From: Psammoneis japonica
Lineage: Eukaryota
Assembly: GCA_008632985.1 (NCBI GenBank)
Contig: QPGO01000159.1
Coordinates: forward strand, 62,001-126,000
Direction: 5' to 3'
Length of the DNA stretch: 64,000 nucleotides
The notes under the pieces are model-generated. The model saw only the letters and a list, made by a program, of their open reading frames with translations, was not told the DNA's origin and did not search any database. Below are positions 1 through 11,270 of this stretch, in pieces (the first letter of the stretch is position 1; each line of letters starts with the position of its first letter). Made by a program: the position numbers and the translations under genes.

Positions 1-307
1 TCGTCAACATGTGGGCTGTGAGCTGTGTCCTTGATGGCAAGAGGGTGGTCTGTCAATTTTCTGACACAAAATCTGAAGCTTACAAACAGCACAAGAGGAA
101 AGTGTGTGTGCCTTGAGGAGTGTTGTTACTTTGTGCTCCTGCAGTCCATGGAGGAAATGATGGATGGAAAATGGTCCATCAAAGACGTTTGCTTTTTATT
201 TGCCGACCAAATGCTGACCCAAGGTTTCTCCTTTGGTGTGATTGTTGTCACACATTTCTCAAAGTGTGGCCAAAGCAAGGAAACTTTGGAGTGTGTTCCA
301 CTGTGAG
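1..307 (+). pseudogene. Decayed DNA-transposase remnant (possibly Mutator/MULE), left part; continues after the Copia insertion
   Basis: CpG-depleted coding-like sequence (LLWCDCCHTFLKVWP resembles the MULE CxxH motif) that joins EKIKDLLQQTLLSDTIEEWDEAFNEAK at 9743 when the Copia and one GTGAG are removed. Confidence 0.3.
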
Positions 308-552
308 TGACAGAAAATGAAGATGACTGGGTGGAAGAAAACAATGACTCCTTACTGCTGTCTAAATGGCAGATGAGTCTCCGTGCAGAGACCGTTACAG
401 GAGCCGAAAGACTGGTGTCATGATATCGGTGCTGCTGTTATTATTCTTGTGAGCCGAGTGGCTCGAAAGCAAACTACATCGCGCGACGCTCGCGAAACTA
501 AGAGCACACATAATTATGTGTGATAAACTAAAATCTTGTTCAAATCCTGTCA
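308..552 (-). repeat. Copia 3' LTR
   Basis: Direct repeat of 9493-9737, about 18 substitutions counted by eye, mostly transitions. Confidence 0.95.
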
Positions 553-3544
553 GTCCCCAGTTTGCTTGAGGGGTCAACAGCGATAGATTCGAAGTCGGAT
601 TGGTTGAAAGCCTCGGGATTCAAGTTCCAAAACATTAGAGGACGAAGGAGGTTCCAGACTTGGGAAATGCTTGCTTAGGATGTCAGCCGGGTTGCGGGAG
701 CCTTTGATGAAATGAAACTCAAGGAAACCGGAGACAATCGCCTCACGTACACAATGGAACGAGAGGGCAGTGTGTCGCTTGTGTAACTTGGAGTGCGGGA
801 TGGTGGCACTATCCACAACTGACTTGTTGTCCCCGAACATGTAACATGTTTCACGAATGGGAACGCCAAGGTAACGTAAAGTGATGCGCAGATCAATGAT
901 CTGCTCAATGCACGTCCTTGTGGCAACAAACTTGGATCCATACATGGCAGTCTCGACTGTTGCTTGTTTCTTAGAGAACCAATCAGCCGGAAACTTGTTG
1001 AGGAAATGGAGGATGCCGGTGATGGAGCGTCCAGTGAGCATGCAATGGAACAAGTTCGCATCAACGTAGTGTGTGGTGGTGACGAACTTGCCAAGCAGCT
1101 CAGGTGCATCTTGCGGGAGCAGCTCTTCTACCTCCTCATATACAGATTGAGCCCAGTCATACACGGGCTTAGGGAGGTCCGAATGGTCGGGCTCCTTGGT
1201 GTGCACTCAGAGGGCGCCATGACGCATCTTGGAGAGGAATCCGCAGATGCGTTTGGCACGGTCTAGGTGGCCTTGGCGGGGCGCTGCACGGAAGCTAGAC
1301 AGGGACATGACAGCCATAGTAATGTCAATGCGACCTAGAGACACGGCCCATTGCAGGGATCCAATCAAGGATTGGAATTGGTGGATGCCCTCCAGTTTGA
1401 GTAATTCGGAGGTGTCAAGCTCAGGGTGGTCACCCTTGTCAAGGGGGTGAAAGCATATCAGTGCGGGGCTTCTCCCCCAAAGAGGCGCGCATAATTGTCA
1501 ACCATGCGCTCAATGTACTTGCGGGGAGCAAGGCACAGGGTACCGTCTGGGTCACGGGTGAAGTCGCAGCCAAGATGGAACTCCAATGGTCCAGTGCCCT
1601 TGAGCTTGAACTTGTATTTCTCCATGAGGGTGTCTGCAAAAGCCTGGGGGTCCTTCATGGCAAAGGCTAGGTCGTCCACATACACTGCCACGTATTTGTA
1701 GTGGTCACCATTCCTGCGCAGCCAGATGTTGGGTTCGGCTTTGCACGGGAAGAAGCCTTCGGCACGCAAGCAATCGGCAAAGCGTTCATGCCATCTGAGG
1801 CCGGAGCTGCGGAGTCCATACAAGGCCTTGTGGATGACAAGGATGTGTCCTTCCAGCTCACCAAACTCGGGGCCTGCTACAATGTACAGTTTCTCCTTGG
1901 TCGTAGCTTCAAGACAGGAGGCATTCCCAATGTCAGTGGCCCAAGTCTCTAGTTCGTTGAGTTCGGCCAGAAAGATCATCATTCGCAGGCCATGGAGAGA
2001 CACTACTCCAGAATAGACACTATCGACGGGCACGTCTGTGAGGTGCCCATCGGCAACAAGCCTTGCTTTGTGCCGTCCGTCATGTTTGACGTCGTAGACG
2101 AGATGCACCCGGATCTTCTTGTGTCCTGATGGAGCACTGGAATCCTTGTAGTGTCTGCAGTCGTGGAAGACCTTGTACTCATCAAGCTGAGTCATCTCGA
2201 GGTCCATTGCGTCTCCCCACTTGCGGTTGCCGTTGCTGCACTCATCAAGGGCCATGGCATGCTTGTAGTCCCGTGGCACTTCATACCCGTACTTGTATCA
2301 TGGTGCAGTACGAAAGGAGCATAACTCTTGGCTTGGTTGGCCATGCAGAATAGCTTCTTCTGACGAAGGGCCATCTTGCGAAAATGTCTCCATCCTTTGG
2401 TTTCTAGAAGGCCATGCTCACGCGCATAGACAGCACAGGTGACGGGGTCATCCTTGGCAATGATGGCAAGGGGTTTGGACGTGATCTCCCCATTCTCCCA
2501 TTCAAGCATGACGTTGTGGCTTGAGCCTTTCCAAGAGGGATCATGGGGTCGCAATGGTCCTTCGTGTGATACGATGCATCGGAACTTCCAGAGGGTGGTG
2601 TCCTCGTCTTCTTGCTCAATGTGTTGCATGATGTCATTGTAGGCTAGGACTTCCTCGTATTCGTCATTGTTGATGGAGCAAATGAACTTGACCAGTTCAG
2701 GATTGTCTCCGATTTTCCAGTCATGGTCCTCAACGGCTTTGACGATGCGGGCTCTGTCGATCCTCTTGTGGCTTCATGAGGAAGGTGCGTCCAATGATAT
2801 CCTCGGGGTCAAAGACCGGCATTTTGGGCATCCTGATTGCCTCCCCATCTGGTGAATCTGGCAAATCCTTGGAGTCATGGCGTGATTTAATGACAGGTTC
2901 AGCAGATTTCTTATCAGGAGGATCAAGACGCAGGTTTGGAGCAGACGGATCATGGGTGGAGCGCACATTGGAATGGTAGAGAATCTTCTGAGTGTCATCA
3001 GAAAGAATCTTGAACGTCATTTGGTGACCAACATGTTCAGCGATGCCAACGAAGTGACCACGTAATTCACGGGATTCGGACGGCCAGTCGGAATCATCCA
3101 GGTGGCACAGCACACGGGTTCCCACCATTGAAAGCGGAGGAGTGGGCTGATGTCGGTAGTAGAGCCAGATAGCACCTTGGTGGGGGCATGCTAGTGCAGC
3201 TTGGCAGATGCCATGTGGTTGAGCACAAAGCACACGTACATCAGGGCGAGCAGCCAGGTGTAAGCCGGGGACCCAAAGCGATCCATGATAGTGTTGTTGG
3301 CCATGGTCTTCACAGTTTGGTAGCGGCATTCAACAAAATTCTGATGCTGTTGGTGAGGCTCGCTTTGCCAACTAGAGATGAAGAGGGCACGAAGGATGCC
3401 AAGAACCTTGTTGCTGATCTCAACCTGAGTACGGTCGCTGATGAGCTTGGACCGGGCACCACGATTACGAATGTTGTCTTCGAGGGTGTTGACAAATTCT
3501 TTGTCAGTTTTGGTGCCATACACGTCAGTGACGAGAGATTCTGT

Positions 3545-3940
3545 GACGGGTTCCAGTCCTAGGTGGGACTCCGTGTGACATTGGGCCCGTAGAATTCTAC
3601 GTGCGAGCTCCGTAGTAAGTTTATAAAGCAATGAAAATATAAATGATCGCCAACAGAAAAAGAGTCAATTTTACGAACGTATCTCCTCCTCCACACTTGC
3701 AGTACATCATCAACAGTTTGCCCGGGTATATTCTTCAGACATTAAAGAATATACCCAGAGTAGTATTTTCATTCTCATAAATGTTGAAAATAGCCTTTGG
3801 CTTCGCAAAATGGGGAGTATGAAACAATTTCGTAGAATATCACACGTAGAAATCTACGTGCGCGACATACCACGCGATCCAAAAAACTCTTGATGTCACA
3901 GTGCAGTAGTACGAGGTCCCACCTAGAGCTGGAACGCGTC
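3545..3940. mobile_element. 396-bp MITE inserted in Copia integrase
   Basis: About 26-bp TIRs (GACGGGTTCCAGTCCTAGGTGGGAC / revcomp GACGCGTTCCAGCTCTAGGTGGGAC); 4-bp TSD CTGT; removal restores FVGTESLVTDVYG. Confidence 0.9.
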
Positions 3941-4448
3941 CTGTGCCGACAAAGAGCTGGGCGCTGGTGCAACCAGAGTCAACAGCAGGGGTGTCGGAGT
4001 AGACCGTGTCAGCAGCAACGGGTTCATTACGTCGGTGGACATTGAGAGCCGGGGTGGGCGATTTGTACGCCTTTTTCAGGTGCGTGCTGGCTGGCATGCG
4101 GGCGCACTGCATCGTGCAATCAAAAGTGCGGCGAACAGTGTCCTTCGGGAGAAAGCTACAAAGTAAGGGTGGAGGGACTCAAAGTCGGGATCCTTGGGAT
4201 TGAGTTTGCGCTCATGGCATTCGTAGAAGAAATCAGATGTCGGGAGCAGGTGATCATCAAGGACAGAGTCTGTAAGCATGGCGTTGTTGATGACATGGCG
4301 GTGACGATAGTTGCTGAACTCATCAAAGAGGTTGGCAGTCGGGTCATCTTGGAGGTCAGACATGGCATCATACCACTTTTCATCGTCGGTGAACTGGTGG
4401 TCAAGGACAGATGGATCCCATGTGTCATCACCAGTGAGAACGACATGC

Positions 4449-4675
4449 TGCAATGTCCAGTTACTCACAAGAGTTAATGTGTCACGGTGACGTGTTACAG
4501 TTTAAATGTCACAAAGGTCGTGACAAAATGTCCTTTTGTCTGCATGCATGCTGCATTGTGAATTCATAGCGGAGTGGTTCAACACGTAACTGTTAGGCAG
4601 AAGGCCAGGGGTTCAAAACCCTGAGTGGGAGTTGTCTGCAGCAACGTTGATCACTGTCGAACGCGCAAAACTCTG
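4449..4675 (+). mobile_element. Truncated TRIM copy (5' LTR 4449-4555 plus part of the internal region)
   Basis: Homologous to 6110-6335. Confidence 0.85.
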
Positions 4676-6109
4676 CCATTGTCAACTGAACAAGTGAGCT
4701 TGATAAGTCATGGGTTGTCATCAATTTCCCAATCATGGTCCTCAAAGGCCTTGGCAATGCAGGCTCTGAGCTTGACAAGTCATGGGTTGTCATCCATTTC
4801 CCAATCATGGTCCTCAAAGGCCTTGACAATGCAGGCTCTGTGATGCTGTCCATCCTCTTGTGGAGCATCATGAGGAAGGTGCATCCAATGATGTCCTTGG
4901 GATCAAAGACTGGCATTTGGCATCCTGATCTTCTCCCCAGCTGATGAATCCAGCAAATCCTCAGAGTCATGGCTGGAGTTGATGACAGGTGTGGCAGACT
5001 CCCCATCAGGAGGATCAAGACGCAAATTGTGCATCGAGGTTGTGGGCAGTGGAGCAGATGTTAGACTGGCAAAAAATCTTTTGAGTGTCATCAGAGAGGA
5101 TCTTAAAGGTCATTTGATAGCTGACATGTCTGGCAATGTCAACCAAATAACCACACAACATGCTGGATTCAGACGGTCAGCTAGAATCATCCAGGTGGTG
5201 GTGCACATGTTCCCACTGTTGAAAGCGGAGGAGGAGGCTAACATCAGGATCAGATCCAGACAGCACTTTGGTGGGGGTGCACCATTGGAGCTTGGCAGAC
5301 ACCATGTGGTTGAGCACAAAACACATGCACACAAGGGTGAGGAGCCAGGTGTGGGCTGGGAAGCCAAAGCAATCCATGATGGTGTTGGCCATGTTCTTCA
5401 TGGTTTGGCAATGGCATTCAGCAAAGTTCTGGTGCTGTTGATGGGGCTTGCTTTACCAGCCAGACATGAAGAGAGCACCGAGGATGTGAAGTGCCTTGTT
5501 GCTGATCTCAACTTGAGCAGGACAGCTGATGAGCTTGTGCGGAGCACCACAGTTACAAATGTTGTCTTTGAGGGTGTTGACAAGTTCCTTGTCTGTCTTG
5601 GTGCCATGCACATCAGTGACAAGGGATTTCGCACCAACAAAGACCTGTGTGCTGACACATCCAGAGTGGATGGTGGGGGTGTCAAAGCATGCGTGTCAGT
5701 GGCAATGGGTTCACCAAGTTGATGGACATTGAGAGCTGGGTTGGGTGACTTGTGTGCCTTTTTCAGGTGCATGCCAGCAGGCATGCAGGTGCACTGGGTC
5801 ATGCAATCAAAAGTGTGATGATTAATGTCCTTCAGAAGGAAGCCAAAACAGGGGTGCAGGGACTCACATTTGGGGTCCTTGGGTTTGATGTCACGCTTGT
5901 GGCATTCACAGAAGAAATCAGATGTTGGGAAGATGTGATCATTGAGGACGGAGTCTGCAAGCATGGCATTGTTTGTGACATGGTGGTGACAACAGTTGCC
6001 AAACTCATCAAAAAGAGGTTGGTAGTCGGGTCGTCTTGGAGGTCAGACATGGCATCATACCAAGTTTCATTGTCGGTGAACTGGTGGTCAAGGACAGATG
6101 GATCCCAAG
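4676..6109 (-). pseudogene. Second, more CpG-decayed copy of the Copia integrase-region segment
   Basis: Homologous to about 2670-4420 without the MITE; includes a ~66-bp tandem duplication near 4705-4840. Confidence 0.85.
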
Positions 6110-6557
6110 TGCAACATGCAGCTACTAATAAGAGTTAATGTATCACGGCGACGTGTTACAGTTTAAATGTCACAAAGGGCGTGACAAAAATAACCTTTTG
6201 TCTGCATGCATGCTGCATTATGAATTCATAGCGGAGTGGTTCATCGTAACCATTAGGCAGGAGGCCAGGGGTTCGAAACCCTGAGTGGGAGTTGTCTGCA
6301 GCAACGTTGATCACTGTCGAACGCGTAAAACTCTGTGCAGTTCTGTATGTTCCTTCGTACGTACCCACACTGTTCCGCCAAAAACGTGCAGTGTCAGTAC
6401 ACGTTAGTAAAGAGCCGTGCCGTATGGACGCGTGATACATGGGGAGGAGTGCAACATACAGCTACTAATAAGAGTTAATGTATCACGGCGACGTGTTACA
6501 GTTTAAATGTCACAAAGGGCGTGACAAAAATAACCTTTTGTCTGCATGCATACTGCA
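6110..6557 (+). mobile_element. TRIM (non-autonomous mini LTR retrotransposon), 448 bp
   Basis: 108-bp LTRs 6110-6217 and 6450-6557 (TGCAAC...CTGCA); PPT ATGGGGAGGAG before the 3' LTR; 4-bp TSD CAAG/CATG (one mismatch); no coding capacity. Confidence 0.92.
6229..6280 (+). promoter_or_regulatory. tRNA-type RNA polymerase III internal promoter (A box and B box) inside the TRIM
   Basis: TAGCGGAGTGG (6229-6239) matches TRGCNNAGYGG; GGTTCGAAACC (6270-6280) matches GGTTCGANNCC within a T-arm-like hairpin; tRNA-like spacing. Confidence 0.7.
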
Positions 6558-9477
6558 CATGTGTCATCACCAGTGAGAATGACATGTGGCAGAGTGTCCC
6601 ATTCGGCATCGGTGTACAGGCGTATGGCGATGTACGGGAGGCTGGCTTTAATGTCAATGGGAATGACGTATCCATCAATGGTGGTGATACGCTGCAGACC
6701 ATTGGGGACCTTGATGGACCGATCGTTGACATCGTGTTTGTACCACTCCAGCTGGCCGCAAGAGTGTATTGTCTTCCCCTTTCCATTGCAGGCACACTGG
6801 TGAAGGATGGCAATGACAGGGCCACGTTGCGTGTGGATGACACCACCAGCAGTGACAATGGGAATGTCGACTAGTTGGTGATCGTTGACACCTTGGACGT
6901 CAACCTGGCGACCAGTGCGGACAATGACACAAACATCATCACCGGTGATACCACCGTTTGCACCACAATCCATGAGAGCACCTTTGCGAGTTGGCTTGTG
7001 GGTCAAGGCAGAGTAGACGACATTGTGGTTGTTGACGCGACGGCATTTATGACCATTGATCTCAACGTCAGTGTCATTGGGCTTTGCGTCGGAGTGGATG
7101 GAAGGTGCAGATCCGGGCAGTTTCTCACCAGAACGGGCAGAAGGAGGCCGTTCAGGTGCCAGGAGACGTTGCAAGTTGCCGGGTGGCAGAGGCTTGTGCC
7201 TGGTGAGATGAGCCAGAATGGGGTTAGCATCGGCTGCAGTGTCGGATTGTGCAAAGGCTGATGCAAGATCGTGAGTGTTGGCGGACAAGTTGACATCGCC
7301 ATCACTGCCAATGCGGAGGTCGTGCAGGTTGACCACCATCAAGTCATGGCAGTTGCTGGTGTGGGCCGTGCACGAGCCAAGAATGATGGCCTTGGTGGAC
7401 TGGGGTAAGGTGTCCCAAATGTGCTGATGGACTGGCGGAATGCAACGCCATTGTTCCCTGGTGAGGGAGTTGCCGCGAGTTTGCGCAGCATAAGCTTGGA
7501 TGACATCAACATCACTGTCGATGTCAAAAAATACATCGTCATTAGGGTCGTCAGGGACCAGGTCATGTTCGTAGATGGCACGGCGCGGAGTGCAAGGAGC
7601 CGTCTTGGGGGTGAACGTGCTGTCGTACTGTGCCGCGGCTGAAAGCAGGAGTCCACAGTACTGCTCGTAAGAAAGGCCCTTGCCATTCTGCGTGCGGAAC
7701 TGATCAGCCTGATTCTCTACCAAACAGAGTTCTTCGACAGGATGAATGGTGTTCTCAACCATGACATGTTTCTGGCCAGCAGAGAAATGGTCCGTACCTG
7801 GGATAAGAGCTTCACACTTGCAGAGCTGGTCCTGCCAGTGAAGTGTGAAGGCATGAGTGGATCCTTTCCAGGTGCCATCACTGAGGGGAGCAGTGGTGAG
7901 GTACGTGAGAAGGGTTGAGGACTCCAGGGATGCTCAAGCAGAAGTAAGGGCATACTTGGAGAGGTCACGGTGCACTGCTTGAGCATCAGAGGAGCCAACA
8001 TGTTGACGAACAAGTGCCTTGCCTTTGTCATTCTGCAAGATGCGTTCGAATGCGGCAAACATGTACTTCTGTTGCTCATCAAACAGGGCCTTGTCCTCAG
8101 CTGTAGAGGGCTTGTACGTTGGATCCAGAATGCAGTTGATGTCCTGGGAGTGGGCCTGTGTGATGATGGAGGTGTGTCACGTGTGCCACTGTTTGTCAGA
8201 CTTGAGAAGCACGAAGGTAAGTGGGTCACGCTTGATGCCTCATTTAAAGTCACACATGGGATCACATGGTTTGGGTGGCAACGAGCCATGAGTGGGAGCA
8301 GATGGTGCTGTACCCATGGAGAGGGACACTACACACTCAGGACTAAGACAACAGTTGGTGAACTCCTCGTGTGTGAACAATTGAGGGTCGTTGCTAACAT
8401 CCGCGCTGCCGCATGCTTTTACAGTGTACAGGCTAATCAGCGCAGCTATCTGTGCTTTGTAACCACGTGGCAAAGGCATTTGATTGGTGCCGTCGTTGTA
8501 CACAAGGGCATCCAGTTGCGTCAGAGTAAAAGTGAAGAGGTCCTGATACGAGTCGGTTCTGTCAATGTTGAGGGCAGAGCGCAATGGACTGTCTGCGGCT
8601 TGATTCAGGACAGTGCCTAGAATGTGCTCGAGGCCATCGATTTGTTGTTGCCTGGTGAGAACCATGTTGCAACGAGGTGGATGTTGGAACTAGCTATCAG
8701 AGTCAGAGGGTGAGCTTGAAATAACTTGAAACTTGACTTGAATCTTGACTTGAATCTTGACTTGAAGTCCTGAACTATCTTAAGAGTCAGAAGCCACCAG
8801 GCTATGATATCCCATTCATAGTTAGGTGCTAAGCTTCCTATCCGGTCCGTAGAGTTGTGCCGGCACGTCCGGACCCGCAGCCAGTGACGCTTTGGGTTGC
8901 TTGAGAGCAGAGTAACGGGTTAAAAACCCCTGCTGACAAGCTAACTAGAGGTGGACAAGACCTCCAAACCGTTCTTATTTTATATCGGTTGGATAACCCG
9001 ATCAGGCCGGCCAAATTTGGTGCTGTGGAGGGATGAACAAACGTGGGAAATGCACCCTCACCCCAACTTAGGCTGCAATCATGAACTGCTTCCTACCTTG
9101 TAGGACTGTAGAAGACCATCAATCCAGTGTAGATACAAGGCGGTAGACTTGGCATATGTGGAGCAGGGCCAGAGTCGAGGGTTTATATCGCGTGCGCGTG
9201 GACGCGAGCGGATGGATTGGTCTGTCTGCCAACCAGGGTAGAATCCGCTATAAGGAATCCAGAATCTCGGGTGTCTGAGAATTCAGGAATTCCTGACCAA
9301 ACAAATATCCGTTGAATAAATATATCCAGCGATGGCAGGTGTTGGATAAATCCAAATGTGTAGATTCAATCCTGTATCCAGCAGTGAAGAAGGCAGATGT
9401 GTACTTCCAACGCCAACGGTGCGCGTCGTCGAAAAAATTCTCGATGACGATGATGAATGCTCAATGGATAATAAAGA

Positions 9478-9492
9478 GCAAGACTGTTAATC
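9478..9492 (-). promoter_or_regulatory. Putative primer-binding site complementary to a tRNA-Asn 5' half (anticodon arm)
   Basis: Plus strand reads GCAAGA-CTGTTAA-TC directly abutting the 5' LTR; CTGTTAA is the Asn(GUU) anticodon loop. Confidence 0.6.
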
Positions 9493-9737
9493 TGACAGAA
9501 AATGAAGATGACTGGGTGGAAGAAAACAATAACTTCTTACTGCTGTCTAAACAGCAGATGAGTCTCCGTGCAGAGACCATTACAGGAGCCAAAAGACTGG
9601 TGTCGTGATGTTGGTGCTACTGTTGTTATTCTTGTGATCCGAGTGGCTCGAAAGCAAACTACATCACGCGAAGTGCACGGAACTAAGAGCACACATAATT
9701 ATGTGTGATAAACTAAAATCTTGTTCAAATCCTGTCA
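9493..9737 (-). repeat. Copia 5' LTR
   Basis: Direct repeat of 308-552, followed by TSD GTGAG. Confidence 0.95.
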
Positions 9738-9742
9738 GTGAG

Positions 9743-10401
9743 AAGATCAAGGATCTGCTGCAGCAGACACTTCTATCAGACACCATTGAGGAGTGGGATG
9801 AAGCATTCAATGAAGCCAAGAATCACCTTGCGGATGCAGTCACCAATACAACAGCACACATGTGCACTGCTTCATGTAGTGCAAAGGAACCCATAAATGC
9901 TGGCCAGCATGGGTTACTTTTGGGTTGTCATTTTGGGGGCAAGCATGACCATCTCTCTTGCTGAGACTCTCCAGTGCTTTGGCAGAGCCAAGGGCACTGC
10001 TGCCTTGCCTCTGGGCCCACACAGCAATGCCTGACATTTTTCATTTTTCCATCATGGTTGTTGGGCTCACAGCAGAGAACTACCAGCTTCTCTTCTTGGA
10101 GAGCTTGCATGAAGAAAAGGAGGAGGGGATGAGCAAGAACACAGCCAACAGCAGGACCACCACACAGCAGCGTGGAGGAGCAGCAGCCACCTTCATCACT
10201 CTGAAAGCTGCCACCTGCATATCACCTGCCTGGGCACCAGCCAGCAACACCCACCCCCAACCAAGGCAGGTGGGCTGTGGCACTCTTTGTTGTGTCTTTC
10301 CTGTCAAAACAGGGGCACAACATGACTTTCACAAAGAAAAACCTGCAAAACTCTCCAAATCCACTCAACCGGGCACCACCTTGACTTATTTTAATAACTG
10401 A
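9743..10401 (+). pseudogene. Continuation of the decayed transposase remnant interrupted by the Copia
   Basis: Almost CpG-free coding-like sequence continuing from 1-307. Confidence 0.3.
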
Positions 10402-11270
10402 AAGGTAACACCAGCTAAATTTATTCACATGTGTGTGGGTTTCACATCAGAGACCCGTAGAAAAGGCCATGAGTCACAAATCATCGAACCCCACCATCTC
10501 ATGGTGTGCACACGCGCGCAAACATTGGTCGACCCCACTCCGGATTGAAATCGACATTGCTTGTTGGGAGTGCAACATTCTTATTTATTTTCACCATCCT
10601 GATCGGCATATTTCGTACTTATTGCTCCTAGCTAGACGTATTTTATTTAATGTGCGTTTATTGACTTGTATGCCAACATACCAAGTAACATGGCAAAATT
10701 ACTCCTTTGTCTCTGGATAATTGTATTTCATTCCAACTGAAACATGTTCATCATCACATTGTATATGCATTTGCGCCGAAAGTACGGCATTTCCGTCTTC
10801 ATGACGGATGTCAATCATTCAGCGAAATTTTCACCTTTTTCTATTTCCCTTTATATAAAAAAACCATCTCACCGTCGACTCATCATGTTCCTTTTGCAGC
10901 ATTCATCCGGCCAATCGTGTATGGGGTATTTGTCCCTTCCACTTGTGATCTACGGATCTGTTACGACGATTCTTGAGAATCTGCGATTCTTGAGAATCCG
11001 GACCTGGAATTTTGTGAAAACCGTTTTTTAAGAATCGGACCTCGTGCAAATTTCTCATTTGTTGTGAACCACCGATTCTCCAGAATCACGGTCACCGATT
11101 CACAAGAATTCCCTTTTTGGCCATTTTCCGGATTCTCAAGAATCCCAGACATGCTCAAGACGTGGCACCCTTGCTCTTCGGCCTCCTCCTTCTTTGCTCC
11201 TGTTTTCACTTTATGCCATTCTGTTGTTCTTCTTGGCCGAGATTGACCCCACGTTGTTGCATCCACCGCC

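Larger units (their letters stand above)
574..8665 (-). pseudogene. Copia gag-pol polyprotein, fragmented by stops, frameshifts and insertions
   Basis: Gag start MVLTRQQQ; protease ALMDCGANGG; integrase KLISDRTQVE and QSEPHQQHQN; RT HKARLVADG, KALYGLRSSG, VYVDD; RNase H YVDANL, GDNKSVV, NPADILSK. Confidence 0.93.
308..9737 (-). mobile_element. Full-length, decayed Ty1/Copia (CoDi-like) LTR retrotransposon
   Basis: Two 245-bp LTRs (TGACAG...CTGTCA); 5-bp TSD GTGAG at 303-307 and 9738-9742; order gag-PR-IN-RT-RH on the minus strand; purine-rich tract next to the 3' LTR. Confidence 0.95.

Noticed and set aside
6222..6291. Functional tRNA gene
   Set aside because: Acceptor and anticodon stems do not pair; only the A/B boxes and T arm remain
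8722..8766. Short ACTTGAATCTTG tandem repeats in the Copia leader as a distinct feature
   Set aside because: Ordinary low-copy leader microrepeat with no further support
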